A model generated the notes under the pieces. That model did no database searches. It was given only the letters and a program-made list of their open reading frames with translations, and was not told the DNA's origin. A stretch of 64,000 nt of DNA, taken from contig JBFWVI010000004.1 of assembly GCA_050246815.1 (NCBI GenBank), forward strand, positions 42,975-106,974, in the 5' to 3' direction. Positions 9,815-19,820 of this stretch are shown here, one piece after another. Numbering within the stretch: position 1 is the first letter of the stretch; every line of letters starts with the position of its first letter. Position numbers and translations under genes: made by a program. The DNA comes from Bdellovibrionales bacterium (GTDB taxonomy: Bacteria; Bdellovibrionota; Bdellovibrionia; Bdellovibrionales; UBA1609).

Positions 9815-10921
9815 ATGCTCAGCCTTCCGTCCCTTGTCGCGGCTGAGGGATGGCAAGATCGCATTCTCATCAACGGCGACCTGCGTTTTCGTGGCGAACA
9901 TATCATTGACGGCGCCAATGAGGCGGGAACGGTAATGACAGAAACCGAGCGGATGCGACTGAGGGCCCGTGCGCGCTTACAGCTCTCGGCTAAGATCAAT
10001 TCACAAACAGACCTAATCTTACGCGCGGCAACCGGCAGTCCGACCACGGGAGCCGCACCGACCACTAATCAAGACTTAACCGGTTACGGTTCAAGAAAGG
10101 ACTTCAATCTGGACTTAGCCTACGCCAGTTGGCGCCCGAAAGAATCCTCCCAAATATGGTTGGGGAAGACTCCTATTCCATTTTACCAGCCGGGCGTGTC
10201 CGATCTGCTTTTCGATTCCGACTTCACTCCCGAGGGCATAAGCGCAAAGGTTTTTAATCAAAGGGGGAAGTTTAAAACCTTCTGGAATTTGGCCCTATGG
10301 CAGATGAGCGAACGTCACGACTCTTCAACGCCGCAAGCGAGGAAAGATGTGATCCTAGTCGGCGGCGATGGAGGGTTGCAGATTCCGTTGGCCCAGGACA
10401 CGCTCAGCATTGGAGCGAGCTATTATAATTATTCTAACATTCGAGGCACTTCCGCAGGTACGGCAGGCTCACCATTGGCGCGCGGTAATACAACCACAAT
10501 CAGCGGCCTGGATTTGTTTTATGCTTATAAATACGAATTGGTCCGCGTCTTCGGGGATTTCAACACCTCTGTCGCCGGAACGGCGGCGACTCTGTACATC
10601 GATGCCGCACAAAACCAAGACCCCGATGACGAGAACCTTGCGCTGCTTTATGGAGTGAAATTCGGGAAGTTGGTAGAGCCTGGGAATTGGTCCCTATCGG
10701 TGGACCATCGCTTTCTGCAAAAGGACTCCACCGTGGGATTGATTGCCGATGACGGAGTCGGCTCGGGCGGCACCGATCTTACGAACACCAGAATATGCCT
10801 CCATTATCAGATCGGAGTCGGTGCGGTGATGGGCTTGACATTCATTGACGCCAGACGACTGGCCTCGAGCGCGCACATCGGTTACCAACGGAGCATGGTT
10901 GATCTGAGTTTGAGCTTTTAG
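9815..10921 (+). CDS. Putative outer-membrane porin
   Basis: GDLRFRGE, RMRLRAR, DLLFDSDFTPEG, amphipathic strands, C-terminal Phe. The start may lie slightly upstream. Confidence 0.85.
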   Translation: MLSLPSLVAAEGWQDRILINGDLRFRGEHIIDGANEAGTVMTETERMRLRARARLQLSAKINSQTDLILRAATGSPTTGAAPTTNQDLTGYGSRKDFNLDLAYASWRPKESSQIWLGKTPIPFYQPGVSDLLFDSDFTPEGISAKVFNQRGKFKTFWNLALWQMSERHDSSTPQARKDVILVGGDGGLQIPLAQDTLSIGASYYNYSNIRGTSAGTAGSPLARGNTTTISGLDLFYAYKYELVRVFGDFNTSVAGTAATLYIDAAQNQDPDDENLALLYGVKFGKLVEPGNWSLSVDHRFLQKDSTVGLIADDGVGSGGTDLTNTRICLHYQIGVGAVMGLTFIDARRLASSAHIGYQRSMVDLSLSF

Positions 10922-10954
10922 TTCAGATCTACAAAACTGTCCACGGGGTGGCGG

Positions 10955-12394
10955 ATGAACGATTCTCAATACACAGGCGCACTTCTTGTGGTGCTGCTTT
11001 TGACCACCGTGGGGTCGATGGCCTTGGCCCGCCATTTCAATCGGCGCATGAGCGCCACCAAAGAAGGCCTGATCGCAGCAGATCGCAACCTTGGATTATG
11101 GGAGGCCTCGCTCTCTATTGCGGCCTCCTGGATCTGGGCACCGGCGCTTTTCGTGGCCGCGCAAAAAGCCTTTCAAGACGGAGTCATTGGTTTATTCTGG
11201 TTTATTGTACCAAACGTCTTATGCCTTGTCGGCTTTGCTTTTTTTGCGACTAGAGTGCGGCACGAACATCCAGACGGATTCACCCTTTCAGCGTACATCC
11301 GCCAAAAAACCTCCGCCCGCGTCCAATCGCTGTACTGGCTCACCTTAACGGGCCTTGCGGTCTGCGCTTTCGCGGTCCAGCTGCTCGCGGGCGGTCAATT
11401 GCTCAGCAGCGTGACAACATTGCCATTCGTTCATTGCAGCTTTATCCTCGCCGCTATCCCGCTCTCTTACTCGCTGTTTTCTGGCTTGAAGGCCACCATA
11501 GTCACTGACGTGGCAAAAATGATTTTTGTTTATGCGACCGTGGTATTTTTAGTGCCTTGGGCTATCTGGGCCGAGGGTGGAATCGATTCCGTCATCAACG
11601 GCCTAGGCGGCCAAATTCATGACACCGATTTCTTTGGCTCCCAGTCTTTGAGGATTTTTTTCGTGTTTGGCCTACCCACGACCATCGGGCTTCTTGCTGG
11701 CCCGTTTGGCGATCAGACGTTTTGGCAACGCCTCTTCGCCATTCGCCAAAAACACGTCCGGGCTGCGTTTTTCAACGGCGCCTGGATGTTCGCACTTGTC
11801 CCACTGGCTTTGTCTTTGCTGGGATTTGCTGCTGCGGGAGGGGCCATTGCGATTAACGACCCCCAGATAGTGAATCTGGAATTTATTCGCCACGCGCTTC
11901 CACCAATCGCAGTCTGGTGGTTTGTCCTAATGATTCTTGCCGCCTTGATTTCAATTCTTGACACCAAGCTCACGGGCATCGCGAGTCTAGCCGCTCACGA
12001 TTTTACCAATGGCCTGCATAAAAATCCGAATTACGGTCATGTCGTCACTAACTCCAGACTGGCGATGCTGACACTGACTATTCTGGCCTTGTTAATTGCC
12101 AATATTCCAGGCCTGAAGGTACTTCATCTTTTTTTATTTTATGGTACGCTCCGCTCCGCAACGGTAATCCCCACAATCCTTCTTATCTTAGGTAAGCAAT
12201 TGCCGGAACACGGTGTTTTTTTCGGAATTCTAACGTCTTTGTTCCTAGGTCTACCTTTATTTTCCTACGGTAACCTCAGCCAGCAGCCTGCTCTCATTGT
12301 TTTAGGTTCTTTGTTGACTGTAAGCGCCTCCGGAGTCATCGCCTGTGCATGCAAACCCAAGGCAGACGGCAAATCACCTTCGGCAAAATTGTGA
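10955..12394 (+). CDS. Sodium:solute symporter family transporter (DUR3/urea-polyamine-like)
   Basis: Multi-TM protein with SIAASWIWAPALF, GLKATIVTD and DQTFWQR. Substrate unknown. Confidence 0.85.
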   Translation: MNDSQYTGALLVVLLLTTVGSMALARHFNRRMSATKEGLIAADRNLGLWEASLSIAASWIWAPALFVAAQKAFQDGVIGLFWFIVPNVLCLVGFAFFATRVRHEHPDGFTLSAYIRQKTSARVQSLYWLTLTGLAVCAFAVQLLAGGQLLSSVTTLPFVHCSFILAAIPLSYSLFSGLKATIVTDVAKMIFVYATVVFLVPWAIWAEGGIDSVINGLGGQIHDTDFFGSQSLRIFFVFGLPTTIGLLAGPFGDQTFWQRLFAIRQKHVRAAFFNGAWMFALVPLALSLLGFAAAGGAIAINDPQIVNLEFIRHALPPIAVWWFVLMILAALISILDTKLTGIASLAAHDFTNGLHKNPNYGHVVTNSRLAMLTLTILALLIANIPGLKVLHLFLFYGTLRSATVIPTILLILGKQLPEHGVFFGILTSLFLGLPLFSYGNLSQQPALIVLGSLLTVSASGVIACACKPKADGKSPSAKL

Positions 12395-12513
12395 GCTTTG
12401 ACGTTCGCCAGCTTTTCCCTGGCGAAAAGGAGTATGATTTTTATATGCGCGAAAATTTGCTTATGAGCTTAAATATTGAAACGACGGTCAAGGGTCCAAA
12501 AGGTGATGTGGGC

Positions 12514-13446
12514 TTATTGCGTCTTCGACAAACGCCCAAGGCGCGACAGCAAACCCACTACATTCAAACGCGTATGGGTCGGCATATCTTCGACCACCAG
12601 ATTTCGCGCCTGCAAGAAGCGCAAAGTCCCAAGCGGCCCGGCCAAAGGCAAGGCTTTGTCCATTTGTAAAAACGGTGCTGGCACCACCACACTGCCCGCT
12701 AAACCTTTGTCGATAAAGCCAAGTGCGGCGGTGGCACAATTGTTCGTGAACAGCTGGTAAATGTTTTGCAGCTGTGTTTTGTCACTTTCGACCAAGCCAC
12801 CTTTTAAGATTTGGGCCGCTTGAGCCGCGGTCACGTTCAAGGCGTGGTACTTCACAGGGTGTTTCAATTTACTTGTCCAGCGCACGCTCTCTTCGCCGCT
12901 AGTTACCCGGTGAACCATCAAATAATGACCGAAATAACTTTCAAGTAGGTCGTACTTGTGATCGTGCGGCGGCACACCTTCAGACGAAAGCACCAGCGTG
13001 CGTGTCTTGGCCACTGTGTGAGGCCTTTGATTTTGGCCGAACAAGCGGATCGAAGGCGAAGCCTCACTCAATGTGAACCGTAAAAATACATGAAAGATTC
13101 CAGGCGAAAATTCCTCAAAACCAACCTCGGCTTTTTCAACGCCATGAAGGGGCACCAAGGCGGTGTGAAACGTCTCAAGATGTAAAACATTGCCCACCAT
13201 CACTTCGCCCGGACCAATTTTGACTTTGGGGTAAGGGGATTTACTTAAAATCCGCGCACCTCGAAAACGGCAAGAATCAATGCATTGCCCTTTGAAGCGG
13301 CCAAAGTTGAAGGCCTGTGGTGCTTCCAAAAAATCGCCAGCTTGGCTGGTACAGGCACATTTGGAATTGGGTTGTGTCAGCCCCTCAAAACCATCCGCCT
13401 GGGACATCAAGATGAAAAGCAAAGAAAAAACGAAGCTCTTGATCAT
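12514..13446 (-). CDS. Secreted protein, DUF4105-like
   Basis: Signal peptide; HVFLRF and YQLFTNNCAT motifs. Confidence 0.55.
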   Translation of the reverse strand: MIKSFVFSLLFILMSQADGFEGLTQPNSKCACTSQAGDFLEAPQAFNFGRFKGQCIDSCRFRGARILSKSPYPKVKIGPGEVMVGNVLHLETFHTALVPLHGVEKAEVGFEEFSPGIFHVFLRFTLSEASPSIRLFGQNQRPHTVAKTRTLVLSSEGVPPHDHKYDLLESYFGHYLMVHRVTSGEESVRWTSKLKHPVKYHALNVTAAQAAQILKGGLVESDKTQLQNIYQLFTNNCATAALGFIDKGLAGSVVVPAPFLQMDKALPLAGPLGTLRFLQARNLVVEDMPTHTRLNVVGLLSRLGRLSKTQ

Positions 13447-13491
13447 ACGGCCTCCACGGCCCAATGACTTAACATGACCGATTAAATGAAA

Positions 13492-14961
13492 CTATTTTTC
13501 TTTTTCTTCGCCGAATCCACCGCCGCCGGCGGAGTGCAGAATAACTTGATCGCCCGCTTCCAGTTGAAGCTCACCGGAATCCGGCAAAGCTTCGCTTTCT
13601 TTGTTCAAACGCTGACAAAGAATATCGGGGCCGATAGCGGCCTTGCCACCTTGCACACCTTCGGGCCTTAAAACTCCCCGCGACAAGTTCCAACGCAATC
13701 GGGCTGGGGCCAATACCTCGATGACTTTTGTTTGGCCATCGCCGCCGCCCTGCAACCCACTGCCACCACTTTGGCTGCGCAAGGCAACCGAGCGAATGCG
13801 CATGGGATACATGCGCTCACAAGCCTCAACCGAACGCTGCAAATGACTGCGACGCCAAAGATCCAAAGCATCCGCGCCACGGCGATCGCGGGTCGCGGCT
13901 GTGCCCGGCTCAAGATCATCGTAAAAATAACGGCCATCACCAAAATCGAGTTCAAACGAACAAAGTCCCATGCCGTTTTGAGCCATGGCCATTTTTTTAT
14001 CGATCTGACCCAGCAATCGCAAAACCAAACCCGCCACCACCGAAGTGCCATCGGTGAAACCCATAAATACGGGGGCCGGGTAACGGGCATGCACAACAGA
14101 ACCCAGCGGCGCAATCACATCCACCGAACGTAAAATGCCGGCATTGATCGGCACGTCCACATTCAAAGCGGCGGCCAAAGCACCGACACAAGCCCCTAAT
14201 GTGGCGGCATCGCTTAATGCATAGCGATCTGGAGCGCCACTGCCGGTGAAGTTAAAAGAAATGCGCTGGTCCTTAATCTCGATGGCCAAAGCCAATTTAC
14301 TTTTCGGACTTAAAGCCACTTCCGCCTTGGCGCTACCTTGTGAAAGGTCGTGCAGCAGATGTTGAAAGCTTGCTTGAGCCGTCTGCAGCCAATCTTTGGC
14401 CATTCGTTTGTTCAGGCTTGAACCCGTTAAGGCCTTCAAACGACCGATTTCGTCCACCGCGGTTTGCAGCCAAGCCAGCCCCCGCTCAAGACCCGCACGA
14501 AGCATGGGTGGCGCCATGGGATGGGCGCAAATGGCCTCTAAAACTTGTTCATTTAAAACGCCACCGCTGACCAAAGGAGTCGGCGGAATGCGTACACCTT
14601 CATTTTCTACGGTGTGAGCCAAAATCACGCGAGGCTTAAATGGAATGCGCACCACCAAAAGCGCCTCGCAAGGAGAAGACTTCGTTGTGGAACCGTCAAA
14701 GTGCACACCAGTGACCAGGTTTACCGAGGACAGCACCGTGCCACCCGAATAAGGATCATTGATGACGATGACATCATCTGTTTTGAGCTGAAAATACTGA
14801 TGGCATGTGAGTGCCGCCGCCGGCAAAGTGCCAATATCAGCCAAGGATTGGTACTTCGACACCAACAGCTCACCATCGGCCGTCACCAGCGCCGCAGACG
14901 GAAATGGTTCAAGAATTTTTTCAAGCAGTGATTGCCAAAGATTAAACAGTGAAGATGACAT
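13492..14961 (-). CDS. Hydantoinase B/oxoprolinase family protein, degenerate active site
   Basis: NDPYSGGT, EGVRIPP, SGGSG..GGDG and SAGGGGFG. Confidence 0.85.
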   Translation of the reverse strand: MSSSLFNLWQSLLEKILEPFPSAALVTADGELLVSKYQSLADIGTLPAAALTCHQYFQLKTDDVIVINDPYSGGTVLSSVNLVTGVHFDGSTTKSSPCEALLVVRIPFKPRVILAHTVENEGVRIPPTPLVSGGVLNEQVLEAICAHPMAPPMLRAGLERGLAWLQTAVDEIGRLKALTGSSLNKRMAKDWLQTAQASFQHLLHDLSQGSAKAEVALSPKSKLALAIEIKDQRISFNFTGSGAPDRYALSDAATLGACVGALAAALNVDVPINAGILRSVDVIAPLGSVVHARYPAPVFMGFTDGTSVVAGLVLRLLGQIDKKMAMAQNGMGLCSFELDFGDGRYFYDDLEPGTAATRDRRGADALDLWRRSHLQRSVEACERMYPMRIRSVALRSQSGGSGLQGGGDGQTKVIEVLAPARLRWNLSRGVLRPEGVQGGKAAIGPDILCQRLNKESEALPDSGELQLEAGDQVILHSAGGGGFGEEKEK

Positions 14962-16358
14962 TATTCACACCACTCGGCCAACGCCGTCATCATCACCGGG
15001 CCACCACCCGCCCACTCCGGTTTGATGCCCATGCTTTTTAATGCGGACTCCAAACAAGGTTGCAGGGCATTGGCCAAAGGACCACACACCAAAACCTCAC
15101 CCGTGCCCACGGGAACCTGCGCGGCCAATCGACGAGCGGCCTCCCATTCAAGACCCACGGCCATGTCTTTGGGGCTTGGCGGACGAGCAGCACCGCCCGA
15201 TTGCCGGCCTAGGGCGGTTAAGGCCTCTTCAATGCGGCCCTTGGCTTTTTCACTTAACCTCTCGCTAAAGCCCGGAATTTCACCCAAGCGATCTTGGATC
15301 CACAAAATATCCAAACACTGTGGCACCAAACCTTTGCCCAAGCTCATCGGGCCTGGCTCAAAACCGCCTTCAACGTGATCAAAGCCGGCGCTACCCCAAA
15401 AGGTTTTCAACACCAACTGAGTGGCCTGCATTTCGCAGCGTACAAATCCCGGATGAGTCACCGCCACCGGGCCAAAATCTGAGCGCCATTGTTTTTTCTC
15501 GGGCCAACGGCCGTCCAAAAGGAAAAAATCTTCTACACCCAAATAGAGCAACCCCTGCACCCCACATTTTTGCCGCCATTTGTGCAAAACCAAAAGAGAG
15601 CCAAACAGGCTGTCCACCGGGGCGCGGTCAAGTTGAGTGTCATCCAAAGGTCCGCTGCCCCCCAACCAACGCAACCGTGCGCTTGAGTGGCCGCTGGCCT
15701 CTAGAGCGCCCTTGAGTTCGGTGGTCATCTCGCGATGGCGGTGCCCCAAATAAGCATTGGTGATGGCCGTCCACCAGCGCGCCACTTCATAGTCGCAGCC
15801 TTCGGATTCATAGCTCATATGCACGCGAAAGCCCTGGTCGCGCAGAAACTGCCCCACCAGTTGTTCATGAGCAGGGTTCATATTGGCGTGGACCAAACCC
15901 ACGGCCACCTCTTCAACTTTGTTCAATTTCAATTTTGCGGCCAAAAATTCCAAGTCAGCCACTTCGACCGCTTTTTCGGATTTGCCATCGGGCGACATCC
16001 GCTCGCTGATACCAAAAACCAAATTATTCTCCAGAATGGAGGACACGCGTTCAGCAGCCACCGTGAAGTGGGCCTGTTTGACGGGCCGATTCATGGTCAA
16101 CCATTGCTCAAAACCCGAGGTCACCAAAAAGGCTGGGGCCGAGCCCAAACGACGGCGTAAAACCCCATGCAGGGATTTACTCGCCACGACCAACTCACTT
16201 AGAGGTGTTTGATTGTGCTCGGTTAGAAATTGTGTGACGGCCTTGGGCAGCGAGTCGCGCCCTAAATACCAGCGGCGAACCGGACCCAGTTTTTGATCCG
16301 TCACCAACCCTATTTCGGCGAATGACTCGCCTATGTATAAGACTGCACTTGTTGGCAT
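14961..16358 (-). CDS. Hydantoinase A/oxoprolinase N-terminal-like protein, degenerate
   Basis: VTSGFE, VAVGLVHANMNPAHEQ, NAYLG and EPGP; ATP motifs missing. Confidence 0.8.
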   Translation of the reverse strand: MPTSAVLYIGESFAEIGLVTDQKLGPVRRWYLGRDSLPKAVTQFLTEHNQTPLSELVVASKSLHGVLRRRLGSAPAFLVTSGFEQWLTMNRPVKQAHFTVAAERVSSILENNLVFGISERMSPDGKSEKAVEVADLEFLAAKLKLNKVEEVAVGLVHANMNPAHEQLVGQFLRDQGFRVHMSYESEGCDYEVARWWTAITNAYLGHRHREMTTELKGALEASGHSSARLRWLGGSGPLDDTQLDRAPVDSLFGSLLVLHKWRQKCGVQGLLYLGVEDFFLLDGRWPEKKQWRSDFGPVAVTHPGFVRCEMQATQLVLKTFWGSAGFDHVEGGFEPGPMSLGKGLVPQCLDILWIQDRLGEIPGFSERLSEKAKGRIEEALTALGRQSGGAARPPSPKDMAVGLEWEAARRLAAQVPVGTGEVLVCGPLANALQPCLESALKSMGIKPEWAGGGPVMMTALAEWCE

Positions 16359-16413
16359 ACTTGATCGTCTGTTAAGTATATTCGCTGACCCAATCTTGAC
16401 AAAGGAATTATCC

Positions 16414-17511
16414 GTGAAGGTCTCAAGTGACATCCTGAGTCTGACGCCTTATCGGCCTGGCAAGCCCATCGCCGAAGCCAAACGCGAACTGGGCCTTAAC
16501 ACAGTCTACAAACTTGCCAGCAACGAAAACCCCTTGGGCCCAAGTCCAGCGGTGGTCACCGCGATTCAAGCGGAACTCGGTGAATTGCACCGTTACCCCG
16601 ACGCCGCCTGCTTTGAAATGCTTGAGGCTTATTCACAACACTTGAAGGTGGGCAAAGAACAGATCGCCTGTGGCAATGGCTCCAACGAGCTGATCGACCT
16701 GCTGATCCGGATCTACTGCGAGCCTGGTGATGCAATTTTGACTTCGCAAGCGGCCTTTATCGCTTACAAGATTGGCGCTCAAGCCGCACGCGTTCGTACG
16801 GTCGAAACGGCTTTGACTCAGACCGGTGGCTACGACCTTCAAGCCATGAGTGCCGCGCTTCAAAAAGACGAAAAAATCCGCCTGATTTTTATCGCCAACC
16901 CCAATAACCCCACCGGCACCTACGTCACGCAAAAAGAACTTGAGATTTTTTTGAGCGAATGCGCCAAACGCCAAGTTCTGGTCATTTTGGATGAGGCTTA
17001 CGTGGAGTTCGTGCGCGCCAAGGATTATGTCTCTGGGTTGTCTTTACGCCAAAAATTCCAGAACCTGGTGGTCCTAAGAACCATGAGCAAAGTCTACGGG
17101 CTAGCTGGCCTTCGAGTGGGTTTTGCCATCGCGGCCCCCGAAGTGATCGATCTTTTAAACAGAGTGCGCAATCCATTCAATGTCAACCAATTGGCACAGG
17201 TGGCCACAGTGGCCGCATTGAAGGATCAAGGCCATGTGCGGCGTGTTCTTGAAATGACCCATAAAGGCCTGGATGCCTTGACTGAAGCGGCCCAGCAGCT
17301 TCAGCTGCCTTTTTTTCAATCACAGGCCAATTTTCTGCTGATTGACTGCCTTCAGGATTCCGAGAAAGTATTTAACGCATTACTCAGACGAGGAGTCATC
17401 ACCCGGCCTGTGAAGAATTATGGCCTGATGACCCATCTGCGCATCAGCGTGGGCCTCGAAGAAGAAAATCAAGCCGCGATCACCGGATTGAAAGCGATCT
17501 TGAATTCGTAA
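16414..17511 (+). CDS. hisC: Histidinol-phosphate aminotransferase
   Basis: KLASNENPLG, ANPNNPTG, DEAY and RTMSKVYGLAGLRVG; GTG start after AAGGA. Confidence 0.95.
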   Translation: MKVSSDILSLTPYRPGKPIAEAKRELGLNTVYKLASNENPLGPSPAVVTAIQAELGELHRYPDAACFEMLEAYSQHLKVGKEQIACGNGSNELIDLLIRIYCEPGDAILTSQAAFIAYKIGAQAARVRTVETALTQTGGYDLQAMSAALQKDEKIRLIFIANPNNPTGTYVTQKELEIFLSECAKRQVLVILDEAYVEFVRAKDYVSGLSLRQKFQNLVVLRTMSKVYGLAGLRVGFAIAAPEVIDLLNRVRNPFNVNQLAQVATVAALKDQGHVRRVLEMTHKGLDALTEAAQQLQLPFFQSQANFLLIDCLQDSEKVFNALLRRGVITRPVKNYGLMTHLRISVGLEEENQAAITGLKAILNS

Positions 17512-17525
17512 AGGACTTTGAAAGC

Positions 17526-18200
17526 TTGGCCAAAACAACCCGCACCTTTGTGGTGACCATCGATGGACCCTCGGCTTCCGGCAAATCGTCGGTGTCACGT
17601 GAGCTTGCTCGCCGTCATGGCTGGAAATGGGTTTCGACAGGTGCCTTCTACCGTGGACTTGCGGTGGTTGCGCGCGCCCGCAAAGTGGCGCTGAATGATG
17701 AAGCCGCCTTGGTTGCATTGGCTGAAAGTGATGTTTGGGAAGTGCGGCTGGACCCGAACTTGACCATGGTGTTGTTGAATGGCCAAGATGTCACAGAGCA
17801 GATCTATCGCGAAGAAACCGGTGCCGATGCCTCGATTATTAGCCAAATCCCCAAAGTTCGACAAAGTCTTTTAGAGGCTCAGCGCAACTGTGCGGTTGGA
17901 GTCAAAGGACTCGTCGCCGAAGGCCGCGATTGCGGAACCGTGGTTTTTCCCGATGCCCAAGTAAAAATCTATCTGACCGCCCACAGCGAAAACCGCATTG
18001 AACGCCGTGCCCGTGAAGAGGGCAAATCCAAAGATAACTTAAGGGCGGCGCAAACCAAACGCGATCACCAGGACAGCACTCGAAAATCCGCTCCACTTCA
18101 AGTGCCCGAAAATGCCCATGTGGTCGACACCAGTGATTTGGATTTGCCGTCTGTGATCGACACAGTCGACGCCCTGGTCAAAGAAGCAATGCGATCTTGA
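17526..18200 (+). CDS. cmk: Cytidylate kinase
   Basis: IDGPSASGKS, TGAFYR and EGRDCGTVVFPDA. Confidence 0.95.
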   Translation: MAKTTRTFVVTIDGPSASGKSSVSRELARRHGWKWVSTGAFYRGLAVVARARKVALNDEAALVALAESDVWEVRLDPNLTMVLLNGQDVTEQIYREETGADASIISQIPKVRQSLLEAQRNCAVGVKGLVAEGRDCGTVVFPDAQVKIYLTAHSENRIERRAREEGKSKDNLRAAQTKRDHQDSTRKSAPLQVPENAHVVDTSDLDLPSVIDTVDALVKEAMRS

Positions 18201-18267
18201 AGCTGACTTCAGGCCTCAGCCTCTGACCTCTGTTTTAGCTCTGGCCATCTTTTCTTAAGTCTATTTC

Positions 18268-18546
18268 TTATCTGAGCTTCTGCACGCAGCAAACCATGAC
18301 CGTTTCAAGATTGGACCGTCGGCCATCATTTTTGATCTGTCCTGGCACAACGCTGAAAGCGTAGTTCAAATCGCAACGCTCATTCATCACTCTTCCCGCG
18401 CCTTCCCACGCCGAGTCCATGCAAGTCGCAACCGGTGTCGTTTGAGCCGGTTCACGACTAGGACTCGCAGGCTTTTGTGGCATCGCACAACTCGCCATAA
18501 GGCACAGACTCAAAATCCAAAAAACGGCTTGAATTTGTTTTTTCAT
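18268..18546 (-). CDS. Small lipoprotein, hypothetical
   Basis: Lipobox-like MASC, REPA motif, four further Cys; RBS GGAG. Confidence 0.7.
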   Translation of the reverse strand: MKKQIQAVFWILSLCLMASCAMPQKPASPSREPAQTTPVATCMDSAWEGAGRVMNERCDLNYAFSVVPGQIKNDGRRSNLETVMVCCVQKLR

Positions 18547-18589
18547 TTTACTCGCTCCCTTTTCTCTAAAATGACGCAGCGCTAAACCA

Positions 18590-18608
18590 AAAGGTGCCAG
18601 GCACCTTT
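18590..18608. repeat. Palindrome AAAGGTGCC-A-GGCACCTTT (REP-like)
   Basis: Perfect 9-bp inverted repeat overlapping the ilvA stop codon. Confidence 0.6.
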
Positions 18609-19812
18609 AAAGCACGCGGGCGCCGGTGGCGGCTAGGGCTTCGCGTAGCTTGGCGATGTGCTCGTTGCTTTTGGTTTCAACTAAAAATTCGATGCCGGTT
18701 TCACTGATCAAAAGATCAGGCCGCAGACGATCATGTTTCACATCCAAAACATTGGCTTGTTCGGCTGCCAGTGCATTGGTCAAACGCTGCAACGTGCCCG
18801 GGCGATCCGGCACCACCACGCTCAAACGCGCCAGACGACCCTTTCGGCTCAAACCCCGCTCGATCACCATCGAAACAATATTCAAATCGATATTGCCACC
18901 GCTTAAAACCAGACAGGTTTTTTTACCCAAATCCCATTTGGCTTTGGCCGCAGCGGCAAGCACGGTGGCGCCGGACCCCTCAACCACTGTTTTCGCACGC
19001 TCCAACAACCACACGATGGCCTCGGCAATTTCGTCATCGTTGACCGCAATGATGTCGTCCACTAAGCGGCTGATGTAGTTTTTGTGCATCTCTGGGGTGG
19101 GTTTTTTCACGGCGATGCCATCGGCAATGGTCAAAGCACTATCCATCTCATCAATCTTTTGGCCTTTAAACAAGCGCATCATGCCTGTCGCTTGGCTTGA
19201 AACCACGCCATAAATCTTGCACGAGGGCCGTAAAACCTTCACCGCCGTAGCCACCCCACTGATCAATCCACCGCCACCTATCGGAACCACCACGGAGTCC
19301 AGATCCGGCAAATCCTTGATCAACTCCAGGCCCAAAGTTCCTTGTCCGGCAATGGTCATGGGATCATTGAAAGCGTGAACAAAAGTATAGCCCTTTTCTC
19401 TTTCAAGCTGCTTGGCGTGAGCATAGGCTTCGTCGTAGTGCTGCCCATACAATACGATTTCAGCACCATAACTTTGCGTCGCCATCACCTTGATCAATGG
19501 TGAATTCACCGGCATCACGATGCGCGCTTTAGCACCCATGCGAGTCGCTGAAAATGCCACACCTTGGGCATGATTGCCGGCACTGCTGGCCACGATGCCC
19601 CGGGCACGCTCTTCAGGCGATAGACTTAAAATCTTATTCAATGCACCGCGAATTTTAAAACTGCCGGTGGTCTGTTGGTTTTCAAGCTTGAAGTGGACTT
19701 CGGATCCTAGCCATTCGCTGGCACTGCGGGAATGATTAAGCGGCGTGTGCGCCGCAGTTCCTTTGATTCGCTCGGCGGCGTTTTGAATATCGACAAGGGT
19801 AACATTCGACAT
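18607..19812 (-). CDS. ilvA: Threonine ammonia-lyase with C-terminal ACT domain
   Basis: TGSFKIRGA, SSAGNHAQG, PIGGGGL, SGGNID and DRPGTL. Confidence 0.93.
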   Translation of the reverse strand: MSNVTLVDIQNAAERIKGTAAHTPLNHSRSASEWLGSEVHFKLENQQTTGSFKIRGALNKILSLSPEERARGIVASSAGNHAQGVAFSATRMGAKARIVMPVNSPLIKVMATQSYGAEIVLYGQHYDEAYAHAKQLEREKGYTFVHAFNDPMTIAGQGTLGLELIKDLPDLDSVVVPIGGGGLISGVATAVKVLRPSCKIYGVVSSQATGMMRLFKGQKIDEMDSALTIADGIAVKKPTPEMHKNYISRLVDDIIAVNDDEIAEAIVWLLERAKTVVEGSGATVLAAAAKAKWDLGKKTCLVLSGGNIDLNIVSMVIERGLSRKGRLARLSVVVPDRPGTLQRLTNALAAEQANVLDVKHDRLRPDLLISETGIEFLVETKSNEHIAKLREALAATGARVL

Positions 19813-19820
19813 GCCCCTAT

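Noticed and set aside
12404..12426. Hairpin TTCGCCAG-N7-CTGGCGAA after the symporter
   Set aside because: A real inverted repeat, but with no downstream U tract on either strand, so not called a terminator.
12589..12599. tRNA/tmRNA-like end TTCGACCACCA as a possible island att site
   Set aside because: No T arm or cloverleaf, lies within a CDS, and no second copy was seen.
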